A stretch of DNA of 34,138 bases, from assembly GCA_016927795.1 (NCBI GenBank), contig JAFGLX010000083.1, forward strand, positions 1-34,138, read 5' to 3'. This DNA is from Candidatus Omnitrophota bacterium (GTDB lineage: Bacteria > Omnitrophota > Gorgyraeia > JABMRN01 > RBG-13-46-9). Below, piece by piece: positions 24,627 to 32,603 of this stretch. The translations under genes were made by a program, and so were the position numbers. Position 1 is the first letter of the stretch, and each line of letters begins with the position of its first letter. The notes under the pieces are model-generated. The model saw only the letters and a program-made list of their open reading frames with translations. It made no database searches and had not been told where the DNA came from.

Positions 24627-25756
24627 GATACAAAAAAACAATACCTATGGCCAGGCCCTCTTTGGGGCGCGAAGAAATAAAAAATGTAGAAAAAGCATTA
24701 AAGACGCATTGGCTCGGAATGGGGTCGTTTGTTTATGACTTTGAGAAAAAAATCCAAAAATATATCGGGGTGAAATACGCCATTGCCGTAAATACAGGAA
24801 CTACTGCCATCCACTTGGCCCTGGCCGGCATAGGCATTGTTCCCGGAGACGAAATTATAGTGCCGTCTCTTACGTTTGTCGGCTCTGTCCAGCCCATAAT
24901 AAATCTGGGAGCCAAACCGGTATTTTGTGAAGTCGAACCCGATACGCTGAATATTGACTTTGATGACGCCGAAAAACGGATAACAAAAAGAACCAGGGCC
25001 ATAATCGTCGTTCACTACGGCGGGACCGCATGTAACATGGATAGGGCCATGCATATGGCAGAGAATCGTAAAATACGTATTGTGGAAGACGCCGCACATG
25101 CGTTTGGGTCCTATTACAAAGGCAGGAAAATAGGTAGTTTTGGGGATATTGCGTGTTTTAGTTTTGACCCTATAAAGAACCTGACATGCGGCGAAGGGGG
25201 ATGTGTAGTTACGAATAAAGCCAGAATCGCGGAGGCGCTACGACGGAAACGTCTTTTGGGTATAAGTAAAGACACCTGGATGAGGTATAAGAACAAACGG
25301 AGCTGGTTTTATGAGGTAGTAACCGAAGGCTATAGGTATCATATGAGCAACATAAGCGCCTCTATCGGGCTTGCCCAGTTTGATAAGCTCGAGGGATTTA
25401 TAGAAAAGAAAAAACGCATTGTCCGGGAATATGACAATTTCTTCAAAAAAATAAGGGGCGTTGCGTTACTGCGCAGGAACTATTCCGAGACCGCGCCGTT
25501 TAACTATACTATAAGAATCGGGAGGAATCGGAACAAATTTATAGACTATGCTACGAAAAAAGGGATTACGGTGGGTATAAACTATATACCGAATCACATT
25601 CAGCCTTTTTTCAGAAAGTTCAGCACCAAACTTCCCGTTACCGAAAGAATATGGGGAGAAATAGTATCCCTGCCTCTGTATTACGATATGAAGGAGTCAG
25701 AAATACAGAGGGTTAAAAAAACAGTCAAAGATTTTATGACGGATACCGCAAAATGA
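24623..25756 (+). CDS. DegT/DnrJ/EryC1 PLP-dependent sugar aminotransferase (ArnB/WecE-like subgroup)
   Basis: 'AVNTGTTAIHLALAGIGIVPGDEIIVPSLTF', 'IVEDAAHAFGS' and the PLP-Lys block 'FSFDPIKNLTCGEGG'. ATGA overlap. Confidence 0.85.
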   Translation: MRYKKTIPMARPSLGREEIKNVEKALKTHWLGMGSFVYDFEKKIQKYIGVKYAIAVNTGTTAIHLALAGIGIVPGDEIIVPSLTFVGSVQPIINLGAKPVFCEVEPDTLNIDFDDAEKRITKRTRAIIVVHYGGTACNMDRAMHMAENRKIRIVEDAAHAFGSYYKGRKIGSFGDIACFSFDPIKNLTCGEGGCVVTNKARIAEALRRKRLLGISKDTWMRYKNKRSWFYEVVTEGYRYHMSNISASIGLAQFDKLEGFIEKKKRIVREYDNFFKKIRGVALLRRNYSETAPFNYTIRIGRNRNKFIDYATKKGITVGINYIPNHIQPFFRKFSTKLPVTERIWGEIVSLPLYYDMKESEIQRVKKTVKDFMTDTAK

Positions 25757-26841
25757 AAGTCTTGTTCGTGCCATACGGAACAGAGCGGGCGCCTGCAACA
25801 AGATACAGGGTGTTGCAGTATATCCCGCATTTAGAAAGCCGTGGTATCAATTGCCGCGTATTCTCGGCTATCTCCCAATTTTCGACCGCGCTTATGATTA
25901 AATCCTCCGATTTTTCGTCATTTTTAAAGCTTCTGTATTACATTTATGTAACAATAGAAAGAATATTACGCTTTTTATGTATAATGGCCTATGCGGTTAA
26001 ATCCGATATTGTTTTTTTACAGCGTTCCACTTTTCCTTTTAAGCTGGAGGCTTTGCTTAGTGTGGCAAACCGCAACATAGTTTTTGACATCGATGACGCG
26101 ATATATATGCCGGATCGGCAAGAGGGCGGTTTCTTAACGTCTGTAAAGAAGTTTATCAAAGAAAATGAAGTTGTGAATGTGCTTAAAGTTTCAAAAGCCG
26201 TTATCGTCGAGAACGAATATATTAGAAACTATGTATGCAGGTATTGCAAAAACATATATAAAATTCCGGGCCCGATAGATACGGAACGATTTTTTGTCTC
26301 CCCAAAGCCCGGGCATGGCGATATAATAATAGGGTGGATAGGTTCGCCGGCGACGACTCCTTATCTATATTTAATCGATAATGCGCTGGCAGCTATCGGG
26401 AGAAAATACAATTTTGTAAGATTTAAGTTTGTGGGTGTAGGGAAATATAAAAATCCGGGCATAAAACTTGAACGGGTAAACTGGACATACGGGACCGAGG
26501 TTGTGGATTTGCAAAGTTTCGATATAGGAATCATGCCTATGCCCGATAATGAATGGACAAGGGGGAAGCTTGGGTGTAAAATGCTTCAATACATGGCGGT
26601 CGGCATACCTGCCGTTGTTTCATATACCCCTACTAACGCGGAATTAATAAGCGAAGGCAAGGACGGTTTTTTCGTCAAAACCGACGAAGAATGGACGCAA
26701 ACTTTGTCTAAACTTGTGGAAAGCGCGTCTTTGAGAGAAAGAGTAGGGCAAGAGGGGAGGGTGGCGGTAGAAAAAAAATGCGCCCTCAATACAAGCGTCG
26801 ATACGCTGATAAGCGTTTTTAACAAAGTAAGAAAGCAGTAA
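25753..26841 (+). CDS. GT-B fold glycosyltransferase, paralog of the 15843 gene
   Basis: It is collinear with the 15843 product: 'MKVLFVPYG..ATRYRVLQYIPHLESRGI' vs 'MKILFLTIG..STRARVYGYLPFLSEKNI', 'IVFDIDDAIYM' vs 'IIFDFDDALYL', and 'GIMPMPDNEWTRGKLGCKMLQYMAVGIPAVV' vs 'GIMPLEADEWSQSKAGYKLLLFMSYGIPCVA'. Identity is roughly one third by eye. ATGA overlap. Confidence 0.75.
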   Translation: MKVLFVPYGTERAPATRYRVLQYIPHLESRGINCRVFSAISQFSTALMIKSSDFSSFLKLLYYIYVTIERILRFLCIMAYAVKSDIVFLQRSTFPFKLEALLSVANRNIVFDIDDAIYMPDRQEGGFLTSVKKFIKENEVVNVLKVSKAVIVENEYIRNYVCRYCKNIYKIPGPIDTERFFVSPKPGHGDIIIGWIGSPATTPYLYLIDNALAAIGRKYNFVRFKFVGVGKYKNPGIKLERVNWTYGTEVVDLQSFDIGIMPMPDNEWTRGKLGCKMLQYMAVGIPAVVSYTPTNAELISEGKDGFFVKTDEEWTQTLSKLVESASLRERVGQEGRVAVEKKCALNTSVDTLISVFNKVRKQ

Positions 26842-26851
26842 CGTATCATAT

Positions 26852-27556
26852 ATGAAATTTCCCAGCATTTCCGTTGGTTTTGCCGTATATAACGAGGAAG
26901 AAACGATAAAAGAGGTCCTGGAGGAGGCAGAATCCATTTTGTCGGGTTCCGGCCTCGAATATGAAATCCTGATTTGCAACGACGGCTCAACGGACCGCTC
27001 TAAACATATAATTGAGGATATGGCCAGAAAGTTTTCCGGGCTCCGCGTTATCAATCATCCGCGGAACCTTGGTATCCGTGCGACGTTTGAAGACCTATAC
27101 AGAAAATCAAGGAAAGACGCCGTTTTTTTAAACGCAGCGGATAAGCAGTGGAACACGGCTATTCTTCTCGATATGTTGCCGCTTTTAAAAAAAGCGGACA
27201 TTGTAATAGCAAGTCGCAGGAATAAGCCGTATGGCATATGGCGCAGGGTTATTTCATGGACGTTTAATTTTATACCGGTTTTACTGTTTGGCGTCCGCAC
27301 TTTCGATGCAGGCGCAGTAAAACTGATGAGGCGCGAAATCATAGAGCGGTTTCAGCTGGTTTCTAAGTCGCCTTTTTCGGAAGCAGAACGCCTGATAAGG
27401 GCGGCGCGGGCCGGCTATCGTATCGTTGAGTATCCGGTTGAAGTTTTTGCAAGGACAAGTGGCCGTTCACATGCTATAAAATTAAATGTCCTCTTAACCG
27501 CGCTGGCCGATCTTATGCGTGTTTGGTATGTAGTTTATTTTGGAGACAAAAAATAA
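26852..27556 (+). CDS. GT2 glycosyltransferase (Dpm1/GtrB-related, no TM)
   Basis: 'ISVGFAVYNEEETI', 'ICNDGSTDRS', 'HPRNLGIRATF', 'FLNAADKQW', 'IASRRNK' and 'TFDAGAVKLMRRE'. 234 aa. Confidence 0.7.
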   Translation: MKFPSISVGFAVYNEEETIKEVLEEAESILSGSGLEYEILICNDGSTDRSKHIIEDMARKFSGLRVINHPRNLGIRATFEDLYRKSRKDAVFLNAADKQWNTAILLDMLPLLKKADIVIASRRNKPYGIWRRVISWTFNFIPVLLFGVRTFDAGAVKLMRREIIERFQLVSKSPFSEAERLIRAARAGYRIVEYPVEVFARTSGRSHAIKLNVLLTALADLMRVWYVVYFGDKK

Positions 27557-27561
27557 ATAGA

Positions 27562-28293
27562 ATGTTCAAAAAGATAGCGATATTTCTCCTTCTCTTGGCG
27601 GCCGTTGTATTCGTCTTAAACCTGCCGACTACTACCAGGCAAGGAGTGGACGGCGGGCTCAACGTTTTCAGATTGCCGCTTTACATAAAGATCATTGAAT
27701 TTATCGACAGGGATTATCAGTATAAAGTTCTTTCCCGCAGGATAACCGAGGACAGTTCTACGGATAAGGAAAAGGCCATAGCAATTTTTAACTGGGTTGT
27801 TAAGAATATACACAAACCGCCCGAAGGATTTGAAACAGTCGATGACCATGTATTGAACATAATCATCAGGCGCTACGGCGTAGGCGATCAAATGGCGGAC
27901 GTATTTACTACGCTTTGTGTTTATTCCGGGATACCGGCATTAAGGATATATCAGCCGATATCGGAAGACAAAGATATCGGAATAACAATATCGTACGTGT
28001 TCCTTAACGGTAAATGGCGCGTTTTCGACGTTTACCAAAATAAGTATTTCAGGAATAAATCCGGCGAGATAGCCAGTATAGGGGATATTATTTCCGACAT
28101 TTCACTTGTTGACGGGGAAAACATACGCATAAAAGGCGTTGCCTACAGACATTTCTTCAGCAACATAAAACCGATAAACAAAACATTTACATCAAAGGAA
28201 GAGAAGCAAATACCTCTTTTAAGGCTGAGATACGAGATAAGACACCTGTTCGGCCTTGAGAAGGACGTTGTCCTTGAGAAGGACGTTGTATAG
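27562..28293 (+). CDS. Signal-anchored transglutaminase-like (Transglut_core fold) protein with apparently substituted catalytic Cys and His
   Basis: I place the start at ATG 27562 ('MFKKIAIFLLLLAAVVFVL'), 5 nt after the upstream stop; the listed 27523 start overlaps the GT2 gene. 'AIAIFNWVVKNI...RRYGVGDQMADVFTTLCVYSGIPALRIY...ISYVFLNGKWRVFDV' follows the transglutaminase-core pattern (G-x-C-x-x-F-A...GIPAR...H-x-W-x-E...W-x-x-x-D). It has G where the Cys is expected and S/Y where the His is expected. Confidence 0.5.
   Translation: MFKKIAIFLLLLAAVVFVLNLPTTTRQGVDGGLNVFRLPLYIKIIEFIDRDYQYKVLSRRITEDSSTDKEKAIAIFNWVVKNIHKPPEGFETVDDHVLNIIIRRYGVGDQMADVFTTLCVYSGIPALRIYQPISEDKDIGITISYVFLNGKWRVFDVYQNKYFRNKSGEIASIGDIISDISLVDGENIRIKGVAYRHFFSNIKPINKTFTSKEEKQIPLLRLRYEIRHLFGLEKDVVLEKDVV
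28255..28290 (+). repeat. Perfectly adjacent 18-bp tandem duplication at the 3' end of the transglutaminase-like gene
   Basis: CTTGAGAAGGACGTTGTC (28255-28272) is followed by CTTGAGAAGGACGTTGTA (28273-28290), 17/18 identical. It encodes LEKDVV-LEKDVV immediately before the TAG stop. Confidence 0.95.
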
Positions 28294-28317
28294 AAAAAAT
28301 AAAACCGGGAGACAGAC

Positions 28318-29322
28318 ATGATTAATATAGGCGTAATCGGATATGGATACTGGGGCCCCAACCTTGTACGTAATTTTCGTGCCCTTGACGGCGCAAAAGT
28401 CATTTCCGTATGCGACAGAGACAAAGAGGCGCTCGAACGCGTTAAAAAAGAGTATGATACCGTAGAGCTTCTTACAGATTCCCGCAGTATCACCGATTCT
28501 CCCAAAATAGACGCCGTCGTAATAGCGACTCCGGTTTCTACGCATTTTGAGCTTGCAAAAAGGTCCCTTGAAAACGGCAAACATATTTTTGTCGAAAAAC
28601 CGTTTACGTCAAACCAGAAAGAAGCGGAAAGCCTGATAGCGCTGGCCGAGAAAAAAAAGCTAAAGATAATGGTCGACCACACCTTTCTATTTACGCCCGC
28701 CATAAAGAAGATTAAAGAGATAATAGATAACGATATGTTAGGGCAGCTGTACTATTACGATTCTACGCGGGTAAACCTGGGGCTTTTCCAGCATGATGTG
28801 AATGTAATATGGGATCTTGCCCCGCATGATTTTTCAGGCATGGATTATTTAATAAAGGAGAAGCCCACCGCCATAGTGGCAACAGGCAGCGGGCATTTTC
28901 ACAGAGACCTTGAAGATATAGCGTATATTACCGTTTACTTTGACAGCAACATAATAGCGCATTTTAACGTAAACTGGATGTCACCGGTAAAAATAAGAAC
29001 GACACTTATAGGCGGCGAAAAGAAAATGCTGGTATGGAACGATTTGGAGACGGACGAGAAAATAAAAATATATGACAAAGGAGTTAAGATAGATAATGCC
29101 GAAAGCATGTACAAGCTTCTGGTAGAATACCGCTCGGGGGACATGTGGGCGCCCCGGCTGGAGCATGTTGAGGCGTTAAAAACAGAAACGAAGTATTTCT
29201 TAGATTGCATACGGGACAATACCGTCCCGATTAACGACGGCCATGCCGGGTTGAGGGTCGTAAGAATGCTTGAAGCCGCAGATAAGTCTTTAAAAAAGAA
29301 CGGGAGCCTTGTTAAGTTATGA
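28318..29322 (+). CDS. Gfo/Idh/MocA oxidoreductase, WbpB/WlbA/GnnA-like candidate UDP-sugar 3-dehydrogenase
   Basis: 'MINIGVIGYGYWGPNLVRNF', 'VVIATPVSTHFELAKRSLENGKHIFVEKPFT' and 'MVDHTFLF'. It is followed by an LbH acetyltransferase, with a DegT aminotransferase two genes further on, as in wbpB-wbpD-wbpE-type modules. Confidence 0.65.
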   Translation: MINIGVIGYGYWGPNLVRNFRALDGAKVISVCDRDKEALERVKKEYDTVELLTDSRSITDSPKIDAVVIATPVSTHFELAKRSLENGKHIFVEKPFTSNQKEAESLIALAEKKKLKIMVDHTFLFTPAIKKIKEIIDNDMLGQLYYYDSTRVNLGLFQHDVNVIWDLAPHDFSGMDYLIKEKPTAIVATGSGHFHRDLEDIAYITVYFDSNIIAHFNVNWMSPVKIRTTLIGGEKKMLVWNDLETDEKIKIYDKGVKIDNAESMYKLLVEYRSGDMWAPRLEHVEALKTETKYFLDCIRDNTVPINDGHAGLRVVRMLEAADKSLKKNGSLVKL

Positions 29323-29816
29323 ATAATTATCAATGCTTAGCCAAGAATGTGAAGTTGGGGAAAAACGTAAAACTCTCCAAGTTCGTAAACCTCTACGGCT
29401 GCAGTATCGGCGACAATACAAAAATAGGGTCTTTTGTTGAGGTGCAGAAGAATGCTAAGATAGGCAAGAATTGCAAGATTTCTTCGCATACGTTTATATG
29501 CGAAGGAGTCACAATAGGCGACAATTCATTTGTGGGACACGGCGTCGTGTTTATAAACGACAATTACCCAAGGTCAGTGACTAAAGACAAAAGGGTTGAG
29601 GAGGAAAAGGACTGGATGCCGAGGTTTGTTAAAACAAGTGTAAAATCAGGCGTTTCCATAGGCAGCAATGCCACTATATTGGGCGATATCACTATAGGCA
29701 CCGGTGCTGTTATAGGAGCCGGTAGCGTTGTGACAAGGAACGTCCCGCCCCGTCAAATATGGGCCGGCAACCCGGCGCGTTTAATCAGAAAAATCAAAAA
29801 TGGAAATAAGTACTAA
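29319..29816 (+). CDS. Left-handed beta-helix (hexapeptide) N-acetyltransferase, WbpD/WlbB-like
   Basis: Hexapeptide repeats 'IGDNTKIGSFVEVQKNAKIGKNCKISSHTFICEGVTIGDNSFVGHGVVFINDNYPR' and 'IGSNATILGDITIGTGAVIGAGSVV', with C-terminal 'WAGNPARLIRKI'. ATGA overlap with the oxidoreductase gene. Confidence 0.7.
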   Translation: MNNYQCLAKNVKLGKNVKLSKFVNLYGCSIGDNTKIGSFVEVQKNAKIGKNCKISSHTFICEGVTIGDNSFVGHGVVFINDNYPRSVTKDKRVEEEKDWMPRFVKTSVKSGVSIGSNATILGDITIGTGAVIGAGSVVTRNVPPRQIWAGNPARLIRKIKNGNKY

Positions 29817-30798
29817 AAAAGTATTGGTTACGGGCGGTGCGGGTTTTATAGGGTCACACCTGGTGGATCTTCTTATGTCAGAAGGCTGTCATGTCCGTGT
29901 CGTTGACAGTCTTATAAACGGGAAACTTGAGAATTTGAAACAGCATGAAGGGAGTGCGAATTTCGAGTTTGTCAAAGCCGACATACGTGATGCATCCACT
30001 TTCGCGAGTGCGGTAGAGAACGCGGAGGTAGTTTTTCATCTTGCCTGCTTAGGTGTGCGTCATTCAATTAAGTATCCGCATGAAAACCAGCGCGTTAATG
30101 CCGAGGGGAGTTTCATAGTTCTGAATGAAGCACACAAAGCAGGCGTTGAGAAGTTTATTTACTGTTCTTCTTCCGAAGTTTACGGGACCGCTGAATACGT
30201 CCCTATGCCGGAGGAACACCCAACACGTCCGTGCACGGTTTACGGCGCAGGCAAGCTAGCAGGAGAAGCGTATGCCAGGGCATTTCAAAGAACCTACGGG
30301 CTTAATACCGTTGTACTACGGCTTTTTAACACATACGGCCCACGTTCTCATCATGAAAACGATATAGGGGAATTGATACCCAAATCAATAGTACGCGCCC
30401 TTAACGGGAAGCCGGTCCTTATTTTTGGAAACGGTTCCCAAACACGCGATTTCACTTATGTAGAGGATAGCGCAAAGGCACTCCTTGAGGCGGCACGGTG
30501 CGATAACGCCGCAGGAAAGACGCTCAACGCCGGAAGCGAATTCGAAATAACTATTGAGCAAGTGGCGAAATTGATTTTGAACATCACAAAATCCGCCTCC
30601 TCTATCGAATATTACAAGAACCGGCCGGGAGACGTGCTGCGCTTATACTCGGATACGAGTGCTTTCAGGAAGTTAACAAACTGGAAACCGCAAGTCTCGC
30701 TTAAGGAAGGGCTAGCCAGGACAATGAAGTGGTTCAAGTCAAGGCCGGAAGGACCTTCTTTTCTTTTGAGCCAGGAAAAACCTATAAACTGGGAGTAA
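29800..30798 (+). CDS. NAD-dependent sugar epimerase/dehydratase (extended SDR; GalE/UXS/WbpP-like)
   Basis: 'KVLVTGGAGFIGSHLVDLL', 'SSSEVYG' and the catalytic 'YGAGKLAGE' (Y-x3-K). 17-nt overlap with the upstream gene. The exact reaction (4-epimerase, decarboxylase or dehydratase) cannot be resolved by eye. Confidence 0.8.
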   Translation: MEISTKKVLVTGGAGFIGSHLVDLLMSEGCHVRVVDSLINGKLENLKQHEGSANFEFVKADIRDASTFASAVENAEVVFHLACLGVRHSIKYPHENQRVNAEGSFIVLNEAHKAGVEKFIYCSSSEVYGTAEYVPMPEEHPTRPCTVYGAGKLAGEAYARAFQRTYGLNTVVLRLFNTYGPRSHHENDIGELIPKSIVRALNGKPVLIFGNGSQTRDFTYVEDSAKALLEAARCDNAAGKTLNAGSEFEITIEQVAKLILNITKSASSIEYYKNRPGDVLRLYSDTSAFRKLTNWKPQVSLKEGLARTMKWFKSRPEGPSFLLSQEKPINWE

Positions 30799-30799
30799 A

Positions 30800-31954
30800 A
30801 TGATTTCTATAGCCAAACCGTGTCTCGGCAACGAAGAAATAAGAGCCGCTAGGAAAGTTATCCTTTCAGGCTGGGTTAGCCAGGGGCCCAGGGTAAAGGA
30901 GTTTGAAAATCGTTTCCTGTCTTACACGGGCTCTAAATACGCATGCGCTGTTTCAAGCTGTACCGCCGGGTTACATCTTGCGCTTCTGGCTGTAGGCGTT
31001 AGACCCGGAGATCGTGTCGTTACCGTAAGCCATTCCTTTATCGCAACGGCTAATAGCATACGCCATACGGGCGCGGAGCCCGTATTTGTCGATATTGACC
31101 CCGAGACATTTAATATATCGCCGGCTTGTCTTGAGATGTGCCTGAATAAGAATAGGAGCAGGGTCGCGGCTATACTTGTTGTTCACCAGATGGGCATGCC
31201 GTGTGACCTTGGAAACATACTTCGACTTGCCCGCAGGTTCAAGCTTCCGGTTATCGAAGACGCGGCATGCGCTATAGGAAGCGAGGTTTCGGTGAATGGC
31301 GGAAAAACCTGGGAGAGAATCGGTAAACCGCACGGCGATATCGCATGTTTCAGCTTTCATCCGCGCAAAGTCATAACCACCGGTGACGGCGGAATGCTTA
31401 CGGCAAATAATAATAATTACGACAAGAAATTCCGCCTCTTAAGACATCAGGGTATGAGCATATCCGACAGAGACCGGCATTGTTCAAAAAAAGTTATTTT
31501 TGAGAAATATCCCGCAACCGGTTATAATTACAGGATGACCGATATACAGGCCGCTATCGGCATTGAACAGTTAAAAAAAATAAAAAGGATTGTAAAAAAG
31601 CGAAGACAAATCGCCCGATTATACGGCTCGGAGCTTAAGGGCGTTAAATGGTTAAAATTACCCGTCGAGCCTTTTTATTGCAGAAGCAACTGGCAGAGCT
31701 ACCCGGTAAGAATTTTAAAAAAAAACGCCCCTCTCGAAAGGAATAGACTCATGCAGCGCCTTCTCGATGCCGGGATATCCACCCGCAGGGGGATTATGAA
31801 CGCGCATCAGGAAAAGGCCTATGCGCTATCCGGAACTGACGTCAGACTTAAGAATTCCGAATTGGCGCGGGATGAGGTTATGCTTTTACCTATTTTTTAC
31901 GATATGAGAGAATCGCAGGTTAAAAAAGTTGCCAAGGAGATAAGGAATGCTTGA
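30800..31954 (+). CDS. DegT/DnrJ/EryC1 PLP-dependent sugar aminotransferase (PglE/PseC-like subgroup)
   Basis: 'ISIAKPCLGNEEIRAARKVILSGWVSQGPRVKEFE', 'VSSCTAGLHLALLAVGVRPGDRVV', 'VIEDAACAIGS' and the PLP-Lys block 'FSFHPRKVITTGDGG'. Confidence 0.85.
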   Translation: MISIAKPCLGNEEIRAARKVILSGWVSQGPRVKEFENRFLSYTGSKYACAVSSCTAGLHLALLAVGVRPGDRVVTVSHSFIATANSIRHTGAEPVFVDIDPETFNISPACLEMCLNKNRSRVAAILVVHQMGMPCDLGNILRLARRFKLPVIEDAACAIGSEVSVNGGKTWERIGKPHGDIACFSFHPRKVITTGDGGMLTANNNNYDKKFRLLRHQGMSISDRDRHCSKKVIFEKYPATGYNYRMTDIQAAIGIEQLKKIKRIVKKRRQIARLYGSELKGVKWLKLPVEPFYCRSNWQSYPVRILKKNAPLERNRLMQRLLDAGISTRRGIMNAHQEKAYALSGTDVRLKNSELARDEVMLLPIFYDMRESQVKKVAKEIRNA

Positions 31955-32603
31955 AAAAATACTTTTATTTCCGTTCGGGGGAAATGGCAGGGAAGCGCTT
32001 TTGTGTATTTTGGCCGTCAACGCGCGCAAAAAAAAGTGGCGCGTTCTGGGTTTTATTGACGACGATTCCTCAACCTACGGAAAGAGTTGTTGTGGCGTAA
32101 AAGTATTGGGCGGCAGGAAAGTCCTTAAAAAAGAGACTGCTGTGCGGATCCTTGCAGTGCCGGGAAACCCTGGCAATTACCTGGAGCGCAAGAAGATTAT
32201 AGAAAGCTTGGGGATAAAAAAAAGCGGCTTTGCAACCGTTATCCACCCCTCGGCAAACATCTCGCCCGATTCGGTGATAGGTTATAATACGCTTATAATG
32301 CCCAATGTAGTAATAAGTTGCGGGGCGCGTATCGGAAATCACTGTGTGATTTTGCCCAATACGGTGATTTCACACGATAGCGCTATAGGCGACTGGTGCA
32401 TGATCGGATCCAATGTATCGGTTTCCGGTAACGTGCGCATAGAGCCTTTCTGCTATGTAGGTTCCGGGTCGAAAATACGTGATCGTATTTCGATCGAAAA
32501 AGGGAGCCTGGTTGGTTTAGGATCAAACGTGGTTTCCGATATTGAAAAATACACTGTTGCGGCAGGAAACCCCGCCCGCGCGATGCGTAAAATCAGGCCA
32601 TGA
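31947..32603 (+). CDS. NeuD/PglD-family sugar N- or O-acetyltransferase (N-terminal Rossmann-like domain plus LbH)
   Basis: 'KILLFPFGGNGREALLCI', then hexapeptide repeats 'IGYNTLIMPNVVISCGARIGNHCVILPNTVISHDSAIGDWCMIGSNVSVSGNVRI', and C-terminal 'AAGNPARAMRKI'. 8-nt overlap with the aminotransferase gene. Confidence 0.75.
   Translation: MLEKILLFPFGGNGREALLCILAVNARKKKWRVLGFIDDDSSTYGKSCCGVKVLGGRKVLKKETAVRILAVPGNPGNYLERKKIIESLGIKKSGFATVIHPSANISPDSVIGYNTLIMPNVVISCGARIGNHCVILPNTVISHDSAIGDWCMIGSNVSVSGNVRIEPFCYVGSGSKIRDRISIEKGSLVGLGSNVVSDIEKYTVAAGNPARAMRKIRP

Noticed and set aside
26852-27556. Possible degenerate DxD motif ('NAADKQ') suggesting an inactive GT2.
   Set aside because: The other GT2 genes here read DAD, EAD and PAD at the same position. 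In this GT-A subfamily only the second Asp is strictly conserved, and it is present.
32020-32040. Homopolymer tracts (A8 at about 1341, 3331 and 32027; C6A6 at about 13071) as phase-variation switches.
   Set aside because: A/T runs of 8 are expected in AT-rich, Lys-rich coding sequence. All are in frame in intact ORFs, and there are no long poly-G/C tracts of the kind known to drive glycan phase variation.
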